A stretch of DNA of 64,000 nucleotides, from the NCBI RefSeq assembly GCF_964204645.1, contig NC_134025.1:29244299-29308298 (forward strand), given 5' to 3'. Source of the stretch: Tubulanus polymorphus (taxonomy: Eukaryota > Animalia > Nemertea). The notes below the pieces were generated by a model. That model was not told the origin of the DNA and made no database searches. It was given only the letters and a program-made list of their open reading frames with translations. How positions within the stretch are numbered: position 1 is the stretch's first letter; every line of letters begins with the position of its first letter. Positions 12,419 to 24,721 of the stretch are shown in pieces. The position numbers and the translations under genes were made by a program.

Positions 12419-15400
12419 ATGGGTAATACTGGAACACGTAGACGTAATTCTGGTGAGGATTCTCATGGACAGATGTCTCCGGTTAAAGATGATGGTTTCG
12501 AGTTTTCACGGCGAACCGATAAGATTATTTATCAGCCATCGGGAGATGAAGATTTTTTGAGCTCATCTTACAAGGTATTGAATCTCATGCAGATGGATTT
12601 AAGCTCATGTTTTGCTTATCGCTATTAATTTCATGCGTGTTCTTCAGGCTGGTCTTCAAGACTCACTAATTGAGCCCATTTCAATGCGAAAGATATCGCA
12701 AACTCAAGTACGACCATCGGTTCTTCCTACTGTGTTTAAATGGGAAGGCGGAGGAAAGGAGGCATATCTTTGTGGTTCATTTAGTAACTGGAAGACTAAG
12801 ATTCCGATGGTTAAAAGGTTTGTTTCTTATCAGTTTCATATGATTTCTGTATTTTTTTAAAACAATTTGTGTACACAATTCGGCTGTGTCAAGCTAGTAT
12901 CCACCAGGAAGCAACAGTGTGCTTTAGGACGACAATGATTCCGGATTACTTCTAAGATATTAATTTCTTTAATTCTATGAATGATGAAATATCTTTGAAG
13001 ATCAGTCTATGTTTATCAAGATCCATGATTTGTCAAACTGTTTATTTGGGATCTAGATGAAAGTTAATTGAAGACCAAATTAATCTTGATAAGAGTTGTC
13101 ATATTCAGGGTCCGATCTAAGAGGAATATTAAAAGCCTTTTGCCCGAATGGGCGAGCTCATCTAGAATTTCACTGCCCCCCTGAATTTCACTGCTTATAA
13201 ACATAAAAATGTACTAGCCTGGTGGACAACAAGTGATTGATAATCTAATCGCCCTAATGAGAATATACTTGTCACGGCATCAAATGCCATGGGGCTCAAA
13301 GCTGTAACTGATTTTCATGTAACTATTTGACAGTGGAACGACAATATTCAACTGATAAAGATAAATTTTTATTTTCACGATTCAGTGCTTTTTGATTTCT
13401 CAAAATTTAGTGGGCTTCCCCCAGAAATGCAGAAGTTGCGTGTAACACTGACCAACACCAGTTTTAGTCCGGTGTTGTTTCTGTTTTAGGTGGATGAGAT
13501 TATCTTTTTTATTCTCATTTTTGTCTAGCTGAATAGGATTTCATTGAAAGGGGAATCGGAATTTCTCACAAAAGTATAAGATGATAGATATGTTTCATTG
13601 TTGTTCTAAAGAAAAAGTCCTGGCATTGTCCTGTACAGAAGTCATTCATTTATCTACAGACATAAGTTGTAATGCATAGAGATGATTTGGCCCCGATCAA
13701 ACTGGCCCGTATCCGACCTTCCGAGTCAGAATTTACATGGAATAATTTGACCCGTGCTAAAATTTAGCACAGACCTGGTTGTTCGTCTTGGTTGGGCCAA
13801 ATTTGCCCATGGCACCAATGTGAAAGGTCTAAGCTGGGCACAGGTTTATTTCTCGCGTGATCACGCCTATCTGCATATGATGCGAGGAGGGAGGGCCGGG
13901 GATGTTGAAAAATATGACTGTTTTAATAAACGCTTGAAGGGGCAAATAATGTGTAAATGCAGGAAGTGTATGACACTGTGTGGTGAGGTGATTACTGTTA
14001 TTTTCACATTCATGTCTTATTGATAGTCACACAATTTATTTCAGCGATGAATTCCTCAATGATAAAGATAGACGTCGACGTACAGATAGAGATAATGGGT
14101 AATGATAATACTGTATCCATCCGCAGGCGTCCTGAGCTTTTGTCTTCTTCCATTCATTTCCATTCTGATTCTCTGGACACCAGTATATCATACATACACA
14201 TATAACATGCATGTTCAGCGTAGCCGCGTTTGACAACACTAGTGGTGCAGAAAATATCCGAATATTTTCTGTACTGAATTAAAAGTGTTAGGTCTATATA
14301 TTGGAAGCTTTATGGACTCTATGTAGAATGTCAGTGCTGCTTATACGTTGGAAACCATCCATGACTGTTTATATGAAAACTGAATTTGAAATTTAAAATA
14401 GCGAAGGATTTGCATTCAGTAATCTAGCTCTTATCTTAGTCTACGTGCTTTTGTAGATTTTGTAGTTAAGTCTATCTATGAGTAATCATCTCAAGATGAG
14501 ATGATTGCTCGAAGAGTCCATAGACTTTTAAGAAGCTTCACTGTATATGCAAGTAACTATCTGTATGAATTGTTAGAAAGGGCTGGATCCAGGGCTGTTT
14601 ATCCAATTAAACCTTACCCTTAAATCTACACCCGCGCAAAGTTTCATTCCATTTTCCTGTATACCTGGTACCTGTTCTACAACATGTACATCAAGCATAT
14701 TTTCTCTAAAATCCCTTCCATTGTGGGTGATCTTTTACTATGGTTATCGTCATGTTTATATTGTGTAATTCTGTTGATCTTAGTATTGGATGAACTCTGA
14801 TTTGCCATTGATGAATTCTGGATTTACCTCTGGTGAATTGCGCTGAATATAGATACATTCTTACTAATAGTTGACTCTGCAGGTTTTACTCGGCAAAAAA
14901 TGTTCACTTGAGTTGACCATTAGACGCTGAGTTGTGGTTCCCGGGGTCTATTTTGGCTTGATCCCAGGGGTTACGATTGACAATAGAGTTATCCCTGTGT
15001 TAGTTTAATTATACTGGTTATATAGGACTTACCCGCGGAGCCTGAAAATTTTTTCAAACATTTTGTGACCAATAGCAAGAGTATGGAGGTACTCGACCAT
15101 TATTTAATAAGCTTTGGAGTGTGGAATACTGGTCCATACACAGCATGAACCTTGTAGTAATCATTGAATCATTCAATGATTACTCCAAGCATGAACGTAC
15201 TCCGCTGATTTATAACTTTACTTACCGCTAATATTCGCTTCTCGTATCATTTCAGTAAAAGTAATTTCTATACAATTGTCGACCTGCCAGAAGGAGAACA
15301 TCAATATAAATTCTGCGTTGATGGTGAATGGGTACACGATCCCAATGAGGTAAAAATCGATGCATTGAATGTGTACGGGACGGTCTAGAAAAAAAATCAA

Positions 15401-16870
15401 ATGCTCCGATGCATTCAGTGTTTCTGTTGGGTCAGTGATTTCCCCCTGTAGTCAAAATCACTGAAATCACTATCGCACAAGTCTTCACATCACTTAAAGT
15501 TATCTCTATTTTTGAGTCCTAATTTGTATTTACAATTCAGTGTGCTAGTGTAAGAAGTCATTTTGATACGCAAAAAATATGAGGAATTAAGCGAGTTGAA
15601 CTGTATTTGCTACCGAATTCCAATATCATTTGTAGTTGTCAATAAAATACAGTTTGTTATATTGAATTCACTTCAGAAAACGAAGAATAATGATGTGGGT
15701 ACTCAAAATAATATCATTGAAGTAAAACAAAGTGATTTTGAGGTGTTCGAAGCTTTAGCTGCCGACAGTATTGCTAGTAAAGGTATAAGTGATAAAAGTA
15801 AGCGTTTTGACAGCAACCTCCAAGAAACCATTTATTGCGACTGCTTTCATTTTTGCTTATCAACGAATCCGTTTTTTTTGTAGCGTCATTGTCTGGTTCA
15901 CCTCCCGGAGACTATTCACAAGAAGTGCCGACGCGTAAACCTGAACAAAGAGGCGGTGGACCACCTCTTTTACCTCCACATTTACTGCAAGTCATACTTA
16001 ATAAAGATATTCCAATATCTGTGAGTATTCACAAAATCTTCTTCAGTCCTATGTATTGTATCCTCTCTAGCATATACTTGCCTGAAAATTTGTTGATAAT
16101 AATGGCTATATCACTCATAGTGGGTTTTTTATTCGTTAACTCTACACTGAGATTTATATCAGTTCACTGCAGTCATGGCTATATCGCCTTTATCTATATA
16201 TTAATACGAAAGCTATGTACCAAATAGTGTCACCGTGGAGAAGAATTGGGCCTTGAAATATTGTGCGGTAGTCAATCATTGTAAAAACTAATGCAACGGG
16301 TATAAACGGGTGTGAAAATTTTTACAGGGGGGCGAAACGGAGACAGACAAAATTTCAGTCAATCAGTAATCAGGAATTCTAATTATAGACTCTCACTGCA
16401 TCAAAACAATTTTACAGTTCAGTACAATAGCTCAGTGTACCTGATGGGTCAGGAGTTCGAGTTCCCGCGTAGCTCCATACATATTTTGTTCGAACCTCCA
16501 ATAGTTCCCGGTCTCCACGTGTACAGGTCATCAAAGCTCATATGGTCTCCACGGGCATGGACACATAGATTTTAAATGAGCAACTAGCAACTAGCATCAC
16601 CCTCCAGGCCTTCCATCTAACATTGAGGTTTCATTATCCTTCATTTCAGTGTGAACCAACATTACTGCCGGAACCAAATCACGTGATGTTAAATCACTTA
16701 TATGCTTTGTCCATTAAGGTGAGGAAATTATCAGATAGTTTTAACTCAACTTCGACTTTGCGAAGTTCAATTTTATGTTCTTTTATTTCTAGGATGGTGT
16801 TATGGTACTCAGCGCTACTCACCGCTATCGAAAAAAATACGTGACCACGTTATTGTATAAACCTATTTAA
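12419..16870 (+). CDS. PRKAB1: 5'-AMP-activated protein kinase beta subunit
   Basis: Exons 12419-12574, 12648-12817, 15256-15349, 15677-15797, 15884-16020, 16650-16718, 16793-16870; N-terminal MGN myristoylation site, CBM (PTVFKWEGGGK..GSFSNW..DLPEGEHQYKFCVDGEW), C-terminus PPLLPPHLLQVILNKD..CEPTLLPEPNHVMLNHLYALSIKDGVMVLSATHRYRKKYVTTLLYKPI. Confidence 0.97.
16425..16480 (+). mobile_element. tRNA-derived SINE-like fragment in AMPK-beta intron
   Basis: A-box-like TAGCTCAGTG and B-box-like GTTCGAGTTCC, too short for a cloverleaf. Confidence 0.4.
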
Positions 16871-17922
16871 AAATGAAAAACTCCATTCAATGGAATCCGA
16901 TTCTTAGGATCATATCATTCAAAGAAAAATATTTCAAATTCAAGAAATTTTTTGAGATAAGAAAGTTCCTAATGTTTCCCGCAATACTTACTTGAGACGC
17001 AAACATTTTTTGGACGAAAAAAAGTTTACTGATGAAATGTTGTGATATAGGATGGAGATGTAAATATAGAAACTATAATGTGCAGTAAATCTTGACTAAC
17101 CCAGACAGGTAAAATAGTCCGAGTTGGGCCATGTCCGAGTTAAGCGAGGTTTATCAGTTTATCATGTGCTCTCAGATTATGAATTGTAGTTGTAAATATT
17201 GTATATTAGAACAGTAGGGATTGGATTTAATTTGTCTCTTTGAACTGATTATCTTTGTTTTTCTGTAAATTAATGTATCATTTTGTTGTTTATCTATTGC
17301 AGAAATGTATGATCTATCATTCTAACGCTGTGTACGTTAAACGATACTTCTAATCGTCATTCTGTGCATACAGTTTGTGTAAATAAAACATCGGCTGGCT
17401 TCCTGTCTAAGATCATCTCTATGCATTCATTTCTGCTTCGTTTTACTTTCAATCTTCTTATGCAAATGTAATGATTTTATTAAAAACCATATTTGACTCA
17501 AACCAACGAAGTAAACCAAAGTAAATGCACAGTAAACTTGTCCTTACTGGTTAAACCATTCAAAATGGCGTATTTCTAATGAACATTTTTTGGCAGAACA
17601 TGCTATTACCTCAATTCTCTATTTGTGAAATATTTTGTCAGAATACTACCAAAAATGGTGAACGTTGTATTTGTGCAAAAAATTTAGGCTTTGGCTCAAT
17701 ATTTATCTTGTATAGATGTAAATAAATATGATTAAAGAATAAGGGAAATAAAGAACTAATCCTGAAGGTTTGCCTTGTATCATTCCCTGGTTTAAGAGAA
17801 AAACTGTCACATCGATCCTGAACAAGGTTAAAATTCCAAATTCACGAATAACGAAACAAAAATCTAAATCACCTCGCATATTTTATTCACTGCAAATTTT
17901 GCCGCACAATTTGTGTGAATTG

Positions 17923-18939
17923 TCACAGCTTAACAAATTGACTTTTGAGCATCTTTTTAAGTTTATCTTTACTGTATTTAATAGATTTGACGAAGCCGGC
18001 TGTGAAGATTCCCTTAAAACTTTGAGAAATACTTGAACTTTTAACTATATCAACCACGCATCTATGAACTATAACATCGCAATCGGGATCATTACAAACG
18101 CTTCTGATAACCTCCTCCATATCTCTGTGGCGACCGTCTCTATTTCTGTAATCGACGATATTTTCAATTAGATTTTTCGGTAATAAATTTAGATGATGAT
18201 ATCGCGTTGTATTCGTCAGACACTGATCGAGCGTTCCCGATCGTTTGTTCCACGATACGTGGCTCTCTTTATCGATGATATGACCGTAAAGCTTACGAAA
18301 CCGCTCGATGTTCGGCGTGACGATGTTTCGCACTTTGTTTTTGTCTTCGCCGATCGTCATGCGAAAATCACCGGCATAAGACAAACCGCTGATACATAAA
18401 TACAGCTGCAACTCGGTGAATTGCTCGGGTAATATCAACAGAGCTGCGTGTAGTGCGTTCTGAAGGTTCGTCCCTAAAGCCGCTTGCAACGTATCGGTTT
18501 TATCGTATTCGAGTATCAGAACTGGTTTATGCATTCGACCGCTGACGTAAAGCGTGTCCCAATCCAGTAGATCAGTAATCAGTCGTCTCGTGCTAATTAC
18601 TCCGTATTTTATCAGTCGTTCCTCGCACGGAACTAAAGTATTGAAATAGATACCGGCGCCGTAACGATCCTGCAGAGCGGCGATATTCGCACCGCCGAGA
18701 CGAGTCATCAACGACGAGTAATGACTCGCGTTCGCCGTCATATTTTTCTTATGCCATAAAACTGGGTCATCGACCACGAATATAAAATCTAGCATATTCG
18801 TACGCGGATCTTTATGGCCCTGCTGTTGAAAGACACCGGAGCCGTAAGCGAACGCGAGTCTGCATCGCTGCTTCGGAAAGTGACTCAACACTTTGCTATA
18901 AACGCTACTATTTACCAACGCTTTAGTAACGGCAGCCAT
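17923..18939 (-). CDS. TAMM41: Mitochondrial phosphatidate cytidylyltransferase Tam41 (intronless CDS)
   Basis: Motifs AFAYGSGVF.Q, MLDFIFVVDD, GIYFNT, IKYGVIS, DLLDWDTLYVSGRMHKPV, ISGLSYAGDFRM..GEDKNKV.NIV; first ATG at 18939 (track start 18990 is GTG). Confidence 0.96.
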   Translation of the reverse strand: MAAVTKALVNSSVYSKVLSHFPKQRCRLAFAYGSGVFQQQGHKDPRTNMLDFIFVVDDPVLWHKKNMTANASHYSSLMTRLGGANIAALQDRYGAGIYFNTLVPCEERLIKYGVISTRRLITDLLDWDTLYVSGRMHKPVLILEYDKTDTLQAALGTNLQNALHAALLILPEQFTELQLYLCISGLSYAGDFRMTIGEDKNKVRNIVTPNIERFRKLYGHIIDKESHVSWNKRSGTLDQCLTNTTRYHHLNLLPKNLIENIVDYRNRDGRHRDMEEVIRSVCNDPDCDVIVHRCVVDIVKSSSISQSFKGIFTAGFVKSIKYSKDKLKKMLKSQFVKL

Positions 18940-18952
18940 TATGAAACGGTTG

Positions 18953-19204
18953 TTATCGTGTGTTGTTATCTTTCTCGAACACCCCGACACGTTCGATGTT
19001 ACTCGCTTTAATCGTCTTCAGTTGATTTTGTCCGCGTCGTATGAGATATTCGATGCGCATGATATCCTTCCTCGGAATGACGGCATTTCTACGGAACTCG
19101 GCCGACACGTGCTCTCGCAGACCCGGTTTATCGCGTCCTATTCGTAGAAATTGACGATATAAACTCAGTACTGTTAGCTGTAATTTACTGTGTCTTACCG
19201 CCAT
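18953..19204 (-). CDS. SDHAF1: Succinate dehydrogenase assembly factor 1 (LYR-motif protein), 83 aa
   Basis: MAVRHSKLQLTVLSLYRQFLR..KPG...V.AEFR....PRKD.MRIEYLIRRG..QL matches the SDHAF1/LYRM8 pattern; ATG at 19204. Confidence 0.92.
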   Translation of the reverse strand: MAVRHSKLQLTVLSLYRQFLRIGRDKPGLREHVSAEFRRNAVIPRKDIMRIEYLIRRGQNQLKTIKASNIERVGVFEKDNNTR

Positions 19205-19950
19205 CGATTGTGCGAGCGCTACGTGCTGAAGCACAGTCCGATTACTACTGCTTTACCTGTTGGTTTTCTTCATTACCTTTTATTAAAATACTTTGAGCCG
19301 CGATGACATCCAGTTTAAAGCTACACACAACCCTGTCAGACACTGGACTGACGACACCGACCGAGCTGATCTGAGTGAGTGAATATACCTGAATTTTGAC
19401 TGAGAAAATAAAAAAAAATGTATTCAAATTGAAATGCAAAATTCATTTCTAAATCATTAAGAATTAAAATTTTGTTCTAGACTTGTTACATAAGATGGGC
19501 ACCTTTTATTACTTTGTAAGCAGCTAGGAAGGGAAGTGATGCATGAACATGCAATACTTTTCTACGAAGAAACTCGCCCAACGACCTTCAGAATTGGACA
19601 GGCGACCAGTCTAAAGTATTACGGAATAGATCTTTAGACGTTGAACCGGACATGGAATATTGGAACTAGTGTGTAGTGTGACGGGTAATTTTACACAAAT
19701 GCAATGCATAACATTTTCACAAGGTAAGGGTGCATACGAATACAATTCACCATGCGGTAATATTAAGGTAAGACTTCTCGTACACAACGGTGGCAGTGAA
19801 CTAAACGGATCTTTGCGTTCAAAAGTCCAGGTCCGCATTTTACCGTACATTTGCGTGTGATAGGTGGCGCTTTGCTCGATTAGACTTCCTGGTTTTATAT
19901 TTTTCTGTCAATAGTTTATAATATCATCAGTAGATGCAGCTGGATTCCAG

Positions 19951-22724
19951 ATGTGTGGGTTTTATATTTTCAGCGCACTGCTGTTATTGACAGCTGACGA
20001 TGGTTTATCACTGCATCTATCAGGAACCTGGCATAGTTCCAACTTCTTTCTATTTCTGGCTAAATTCGGATTTCAAAAAACTGACCTCAACAATAAAGTC
20101 AACACTCAAGGCTATATTTACGGAAATATAACATTGAATTCCGCTTCTGAGAAAAATATTCCAGCAGATTTAACTCTAGTTGTTGTGGATAGTGAATATT
20201 TTATCGAGTTTTTTAGTAATAGCACGGCGACCCCTCGAACGAAAGCGTGCGCTTCCATGTTTAAAAAAATAGATCTCATCGCGTGGGACGTTTACTGTAA
20301 ACCGAATAATCCGGAGGATTTTCTAAGGCGGATACCGTGTCCGAAAGGAGAACTCTGTATCGATGAAGACTCTCCGAGTCGAGTGGTCGGTGGCTATCAG
20401 TTCACGTACAGCGTACAAGACACCAATCAACCCAGGTAGGAATTACTGTCAGTGCTTTTCAATGGAAATTCTACTTTGAAGTGTAAAGTAGAACTCACTG
20501 GATATGGATCGCCTGCGACCGGAAAATTGTGCTGAATTAAACGACGAAATACAAATTATGTGTGCTTTCAGTTGAATAACCTAGAGTGGAGTGGAATTTT
20601 AGTCTGAAATAAGTGAATATCCGAATTTAGCGAGTTATACTGTATTTTGCTGTTTCCCTCAAGTATCCTATAGTACCTAGCCTCTAGAATAGTAGGATAC
20701 TAAGGCTGTTGATTGAGTAACAAAGGAGTCATTCATATGCATATATTCTAGTATCTAACATGTCCCTTATACAAAGTTTTAAGGGCATAACATCTTCTAT
20801 TCAGGTTAGCATCAGAAAGGCTTTATACCAATGTGGTTTGTAAAAATATCCCATGATGAAACTAAATCTAGGCGACGGAGACTAAAGAATAAGAATTCGT
20901 CACTTCTCTCTACATTTATAGCCTACATGGATGGATTAGAATTAACCACTTCAAGACAAATGTCACTTTATGACCTGAAGCTCTGCATGCATGTACTGGT
21001 TAAAAATGCATACATGAATATCAGCCATATTGCGTGCATGATACTTAATGTTTGATTTATTTCTGAAGAAATCAATGCGAACTTGTTTTAATGAATTGAA
21101 TTTTTATCGTTTGTAGATTTTGGTATATCAGTATCGTGTCATGTTATAGAAATACAAGTTGTAATTGGACGACGGACGTCAAAAATCACGTTTCGATAAA
21201 CTACGATATTTGGTTAGTGAACGGCAATCCGTACACGAAGCACTTCAATCCGTTTGAACATCAGTTTTCGTTCGATCACCACAATATCGTCGAGATTTAC
21301 GCCGTGTTCGGTATCGTTTATACGGTGCTTGTACCGGTTCAGTATTACGCGTTGAAGAAGCTGAAGCACGCGTTAACGCGGTTATTAACGATCAGCGTCG
21401 TAATGGAATACGCGGGAATCCTGCTAAATTTCATTCACTATTTCGTGTTCGCGTTCAACGGCGTCGGTTTCGAAGTCGGGAAGATTTTAGGAAACTTTAT
21501 CGACACATGCGCGCAGTGTTTACTGACGATGCTGCTGCTATTGATCGCTAAAGGATGGATGATCACTAAAATCGAATTCGAAAGAAAGAAATTGTTTTTC
21601 TGTTTATGGGGATTATTTCTGGCGCTGAATATAGCCTTCTTCATTTGGAATATGGTAAGTGTTGTCATTTGCGGTGTAACAGAACCCCACCCATACTTTA
21701 TGAAAGAACATTTATACTCTGTGTATCTAAACAGTTCTATGATAAAAAAGCTCTCATAAAATTCTGCATTTCAGATTGAAGTTGATATCATTTCGACGAC
21801 TGGTAAATGGGAAACGTGGCCTGGTTTGTGTATATTAGTCGCGAGGTTCACTGTCATAGTTTGGTTCTTACACGAATTACGCACGAGTTTCAGTTGTGAA
21901 GTCAATAAAGATAAGATCGATTTTTACCTGCATTTCGGAGCTGGTTTCCTAGTCTGGTTTATTTACCTGCCGATAATAGCTATCATCGGTATGAAGATTT
22001 CACCGCTTTGGAGAATTAAAACGGTTCTTAGTAAGTAGAATCAAACAGCATTTAGGCCGTTTTTGCTCGGAGTAGGGTTTTTTTGCAAGAACGAAATATT
22101 TGGGTGAAGGGGGAAAATAAAAAGTGAAATCACAGGTTTTTTAAGATGGTAGGGAACAGGAGAAGATAGAAATACAGTTTTTTAGAGTACGATATAATGC
22201 ACATAAAATCTTTGAAGGACTACGAAAAAAAATCAGAATTGAATTCAAATCTACAACAATTAGCGCAAGATCAAATATTGTCGTATGATTGAGTAGAATT
22301 CGAGACACCCCAAGTGATAAAAAACACCTCTAAACTATCATGTCATTCTGGAGAATCGTTTTTCTGGGATTGGTTTTTTATCGATCTGATATTTTGCAGG
22401 TGTCACGTATGCAGCTGATTTTCTCGCCTTTCTGGTGCTCGTCCATATATTCTGGCCGTCAAGAACGACTTCATATTTCAAATTCAATATGAATGGTACG
22501 ACTGTTCCGAAAACGACAGTTCAACTCACCGATTTAGGTCCCAATCGGTTTAAACGTAAGCAACGAAAAATCCTAATCGGTTTTAGCTGAGCTTTTTACA
22601 ACCATGAATTCCGTATAGATTCGATTTCGTTCATTTTGTAGAACTGTTAGCCGAGGAATCGAGTGAATCTGGTGAAAGTGAAATAGATTTTCAGCTAACA
22701 AGTGCTGCTGTAAAACCGAGCTGA
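19951..22724 (+). CDS. GPR180/TMEM145-family (GOST) seven-TM membrane protein
   Basis: Signal peptide then HLSGTW...FLAKFGFQ; exons 19951-20435, 21117-21654, 21775-22030, 22400-~22537, 22642-22724; PRFWY..C, LLLIAKGW, W..WPG, FWPSR motifs and multiple hydrophobic helices. Confidence 0.85.
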
Positions 22725-24033
22725 TGAAAGTTGTTTTAGTTTGGTTCATTCAGCTGTCTCATTAGAATTGTGTGCCTTAGGTCAAAATTATTTACTGTTC
22801 TCGTTAAACCTGATATTATTAATAAAATGATCGAAGCTATACTGCTATATGTTGATTTCAATCCAGGGTCTAAACTTGATTGAATATAACTACGAGACCA
22901 CTTGGCTCTGCTCTCGGAACCAATAAATTCTATCTGAAGTACATGTATTGTACGCGAATTCCGGGCAGTCGGGAAGGGATGGGTACATGTATCTTGAAGG
23001 AACATGGACTCTCGATAATCGTTGCAAGTCCATTGGGATAAAAATCTGTTCGGCCCCTATATTTTGTCCAGGGCATGTGATAATCTGGGACAATCAACTC
23101 TGGGTAAATGGAGTCTACAGTAGGCAGTGATGAAGAGTTTATATACAGTTAGTACATTTGGTGTTACTTTATTTCGAGTGACAAATGCGGCACCCGATGA
23201 CAATATGTGATTTGTATATAATTGAAATTACATCTGTGCATGATTATAAGAATTGATTGAATTTTCTCGTGGTTTCTATATGTCTAGCGTCATTCTACCC
23301 TGTTGGTGGAGTAATCATTATCAATTCGCTGATTACTTCAAGATTCTCGTGAAGGTCTCTATGAAAGTAATTTCTGATTTTCACTCGTGCTCAGAATTTA
23401 TCAAGATTTATTGATTCCGTGAAGTCTCGTGAGTGATTACTTTCTCTGTCGCTGAAGCAGAGAATAATCTATCGCTTGATTATCGTACGAATTATGTATA
23501 TATTAAATGACGCTATTTATTTATGAATTATATGTATTTTATATGTTCAACCTGCTGCGCGCAGATGTATATATTCTGATAAAACCCGTTACAGAGATTA
23601 CTATTCAAAAAACGGTGACGGCAGAGGATATACGTAGCATTCCCAGCTAATAAACAATGATATAAGTGGTGAATAGTTTAGCCGGTAATAGATTTTTTCT
23701 TGAACTGTTTTACTTCGTTCATTGATATTTTGTCCATTCCTGGTATGAAATAGAGCATTTTACAAAGTGGAAATAGATGAATTATATGTTGTCATAGAAA
23801 TCTATGTTGTTTCGTCGTTTTTGCCTTTGAATTGATGTGAGGATCGATTACAGTCATGCACGTTATTTAGAGTACATGGATTAACCAAGGGCCAGGAAAC
23901 CCCAAAAACGTGTCGGTGTACTGATAAATCCCAAAATCACAGTCGATGGCACCAACTCGAATCAAATTTTGATCTGAGTTCTATGATGGGAGTTCGATTG
24001 TATCGGGATTATTACGTGATACGTGACATAAAC

Positions 24034-24372
24034 CATCCTCCCCCGGCAGGGATTCGAACCTGATGGCATCGAGATTGCCACGGCACGAAACCCTGCCATA
24101 ATCGACCGTGTGCGCAGATACATGCGCAGTTCAGATGATGTGATTTTTAGCCAATCAGAAATCCCGTTTTATTTTAACCCGGGTTTTCCCATTTATAGTT
24201 CTTCCTTGAAATTTGCCTCAACGATTATACAACGAGCAATCTGATTGGTGCCGCCAGTTTTCGTTCGGAAAGTTGCGCATGTACCTGCGCACCCGGTCTA
24301 CGGATGCAGGGGTTCGTGCCGTGGCTGAGTGTAGCGATGCCATCAGGTTCGAGTCCCTGCAGAGGGAGGATG
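24034..24372. mobile_element. Foldback/MULE-like MITE with long TIRs and 9-bp TSD
   Basis: ~125-bp imperfect inverted arms (CATCCTCCC...GGGAGGATG); GACATAAAC duplicated at 24025-24033 and 24373-24381. Confidence 0.85.
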
Positions 24373-24721
24373 GACATAAACAGTCAACACAAAAACAGGC
24401 ACATTGTACATGTAGCAGGCAGTGAACAGCAAAACTGAATGGAAAACAAATCGCTTTATTATCTACGAAAAGCTGTTTATCAATACAGGGAGGAACTGAA
24501 ATTGGTGTACGTATGCGCATACACCGACTAGGTTAGATATAAGAAAACAATCTTTCTAGATACGTAGGTCTGCGATCTTCATTGTAAAGAAACAATTATT
24601 ATGAAATAAATTATGATTTGAGTAAAACCTTCGCAAAACACGTTTTGCTACGGTTCTCTTGAATCTTACAGTATGAGTAATTATTGTAAACTTTTTAAGG
24701 TATAATTGTTAATACAATGAT

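Noticed and set aside
12818-15255. Intronic snoRNAs in the long AMPK-beta intron
   Set aside because: Isolated TGATGA/CTGA words occur but no convincing box pair with terminal stem and guide could be supported by eye
18940-18990. N-terminal extension of TAMM41 overlapping SDHAF1
   Set aside because: Track start is GTG; first ATG with strong context is 18939
24300-24372. tRNA gene
   Set aside because: Only the T-arm/B-box is present, no cloverleaf; it is part of a TIR
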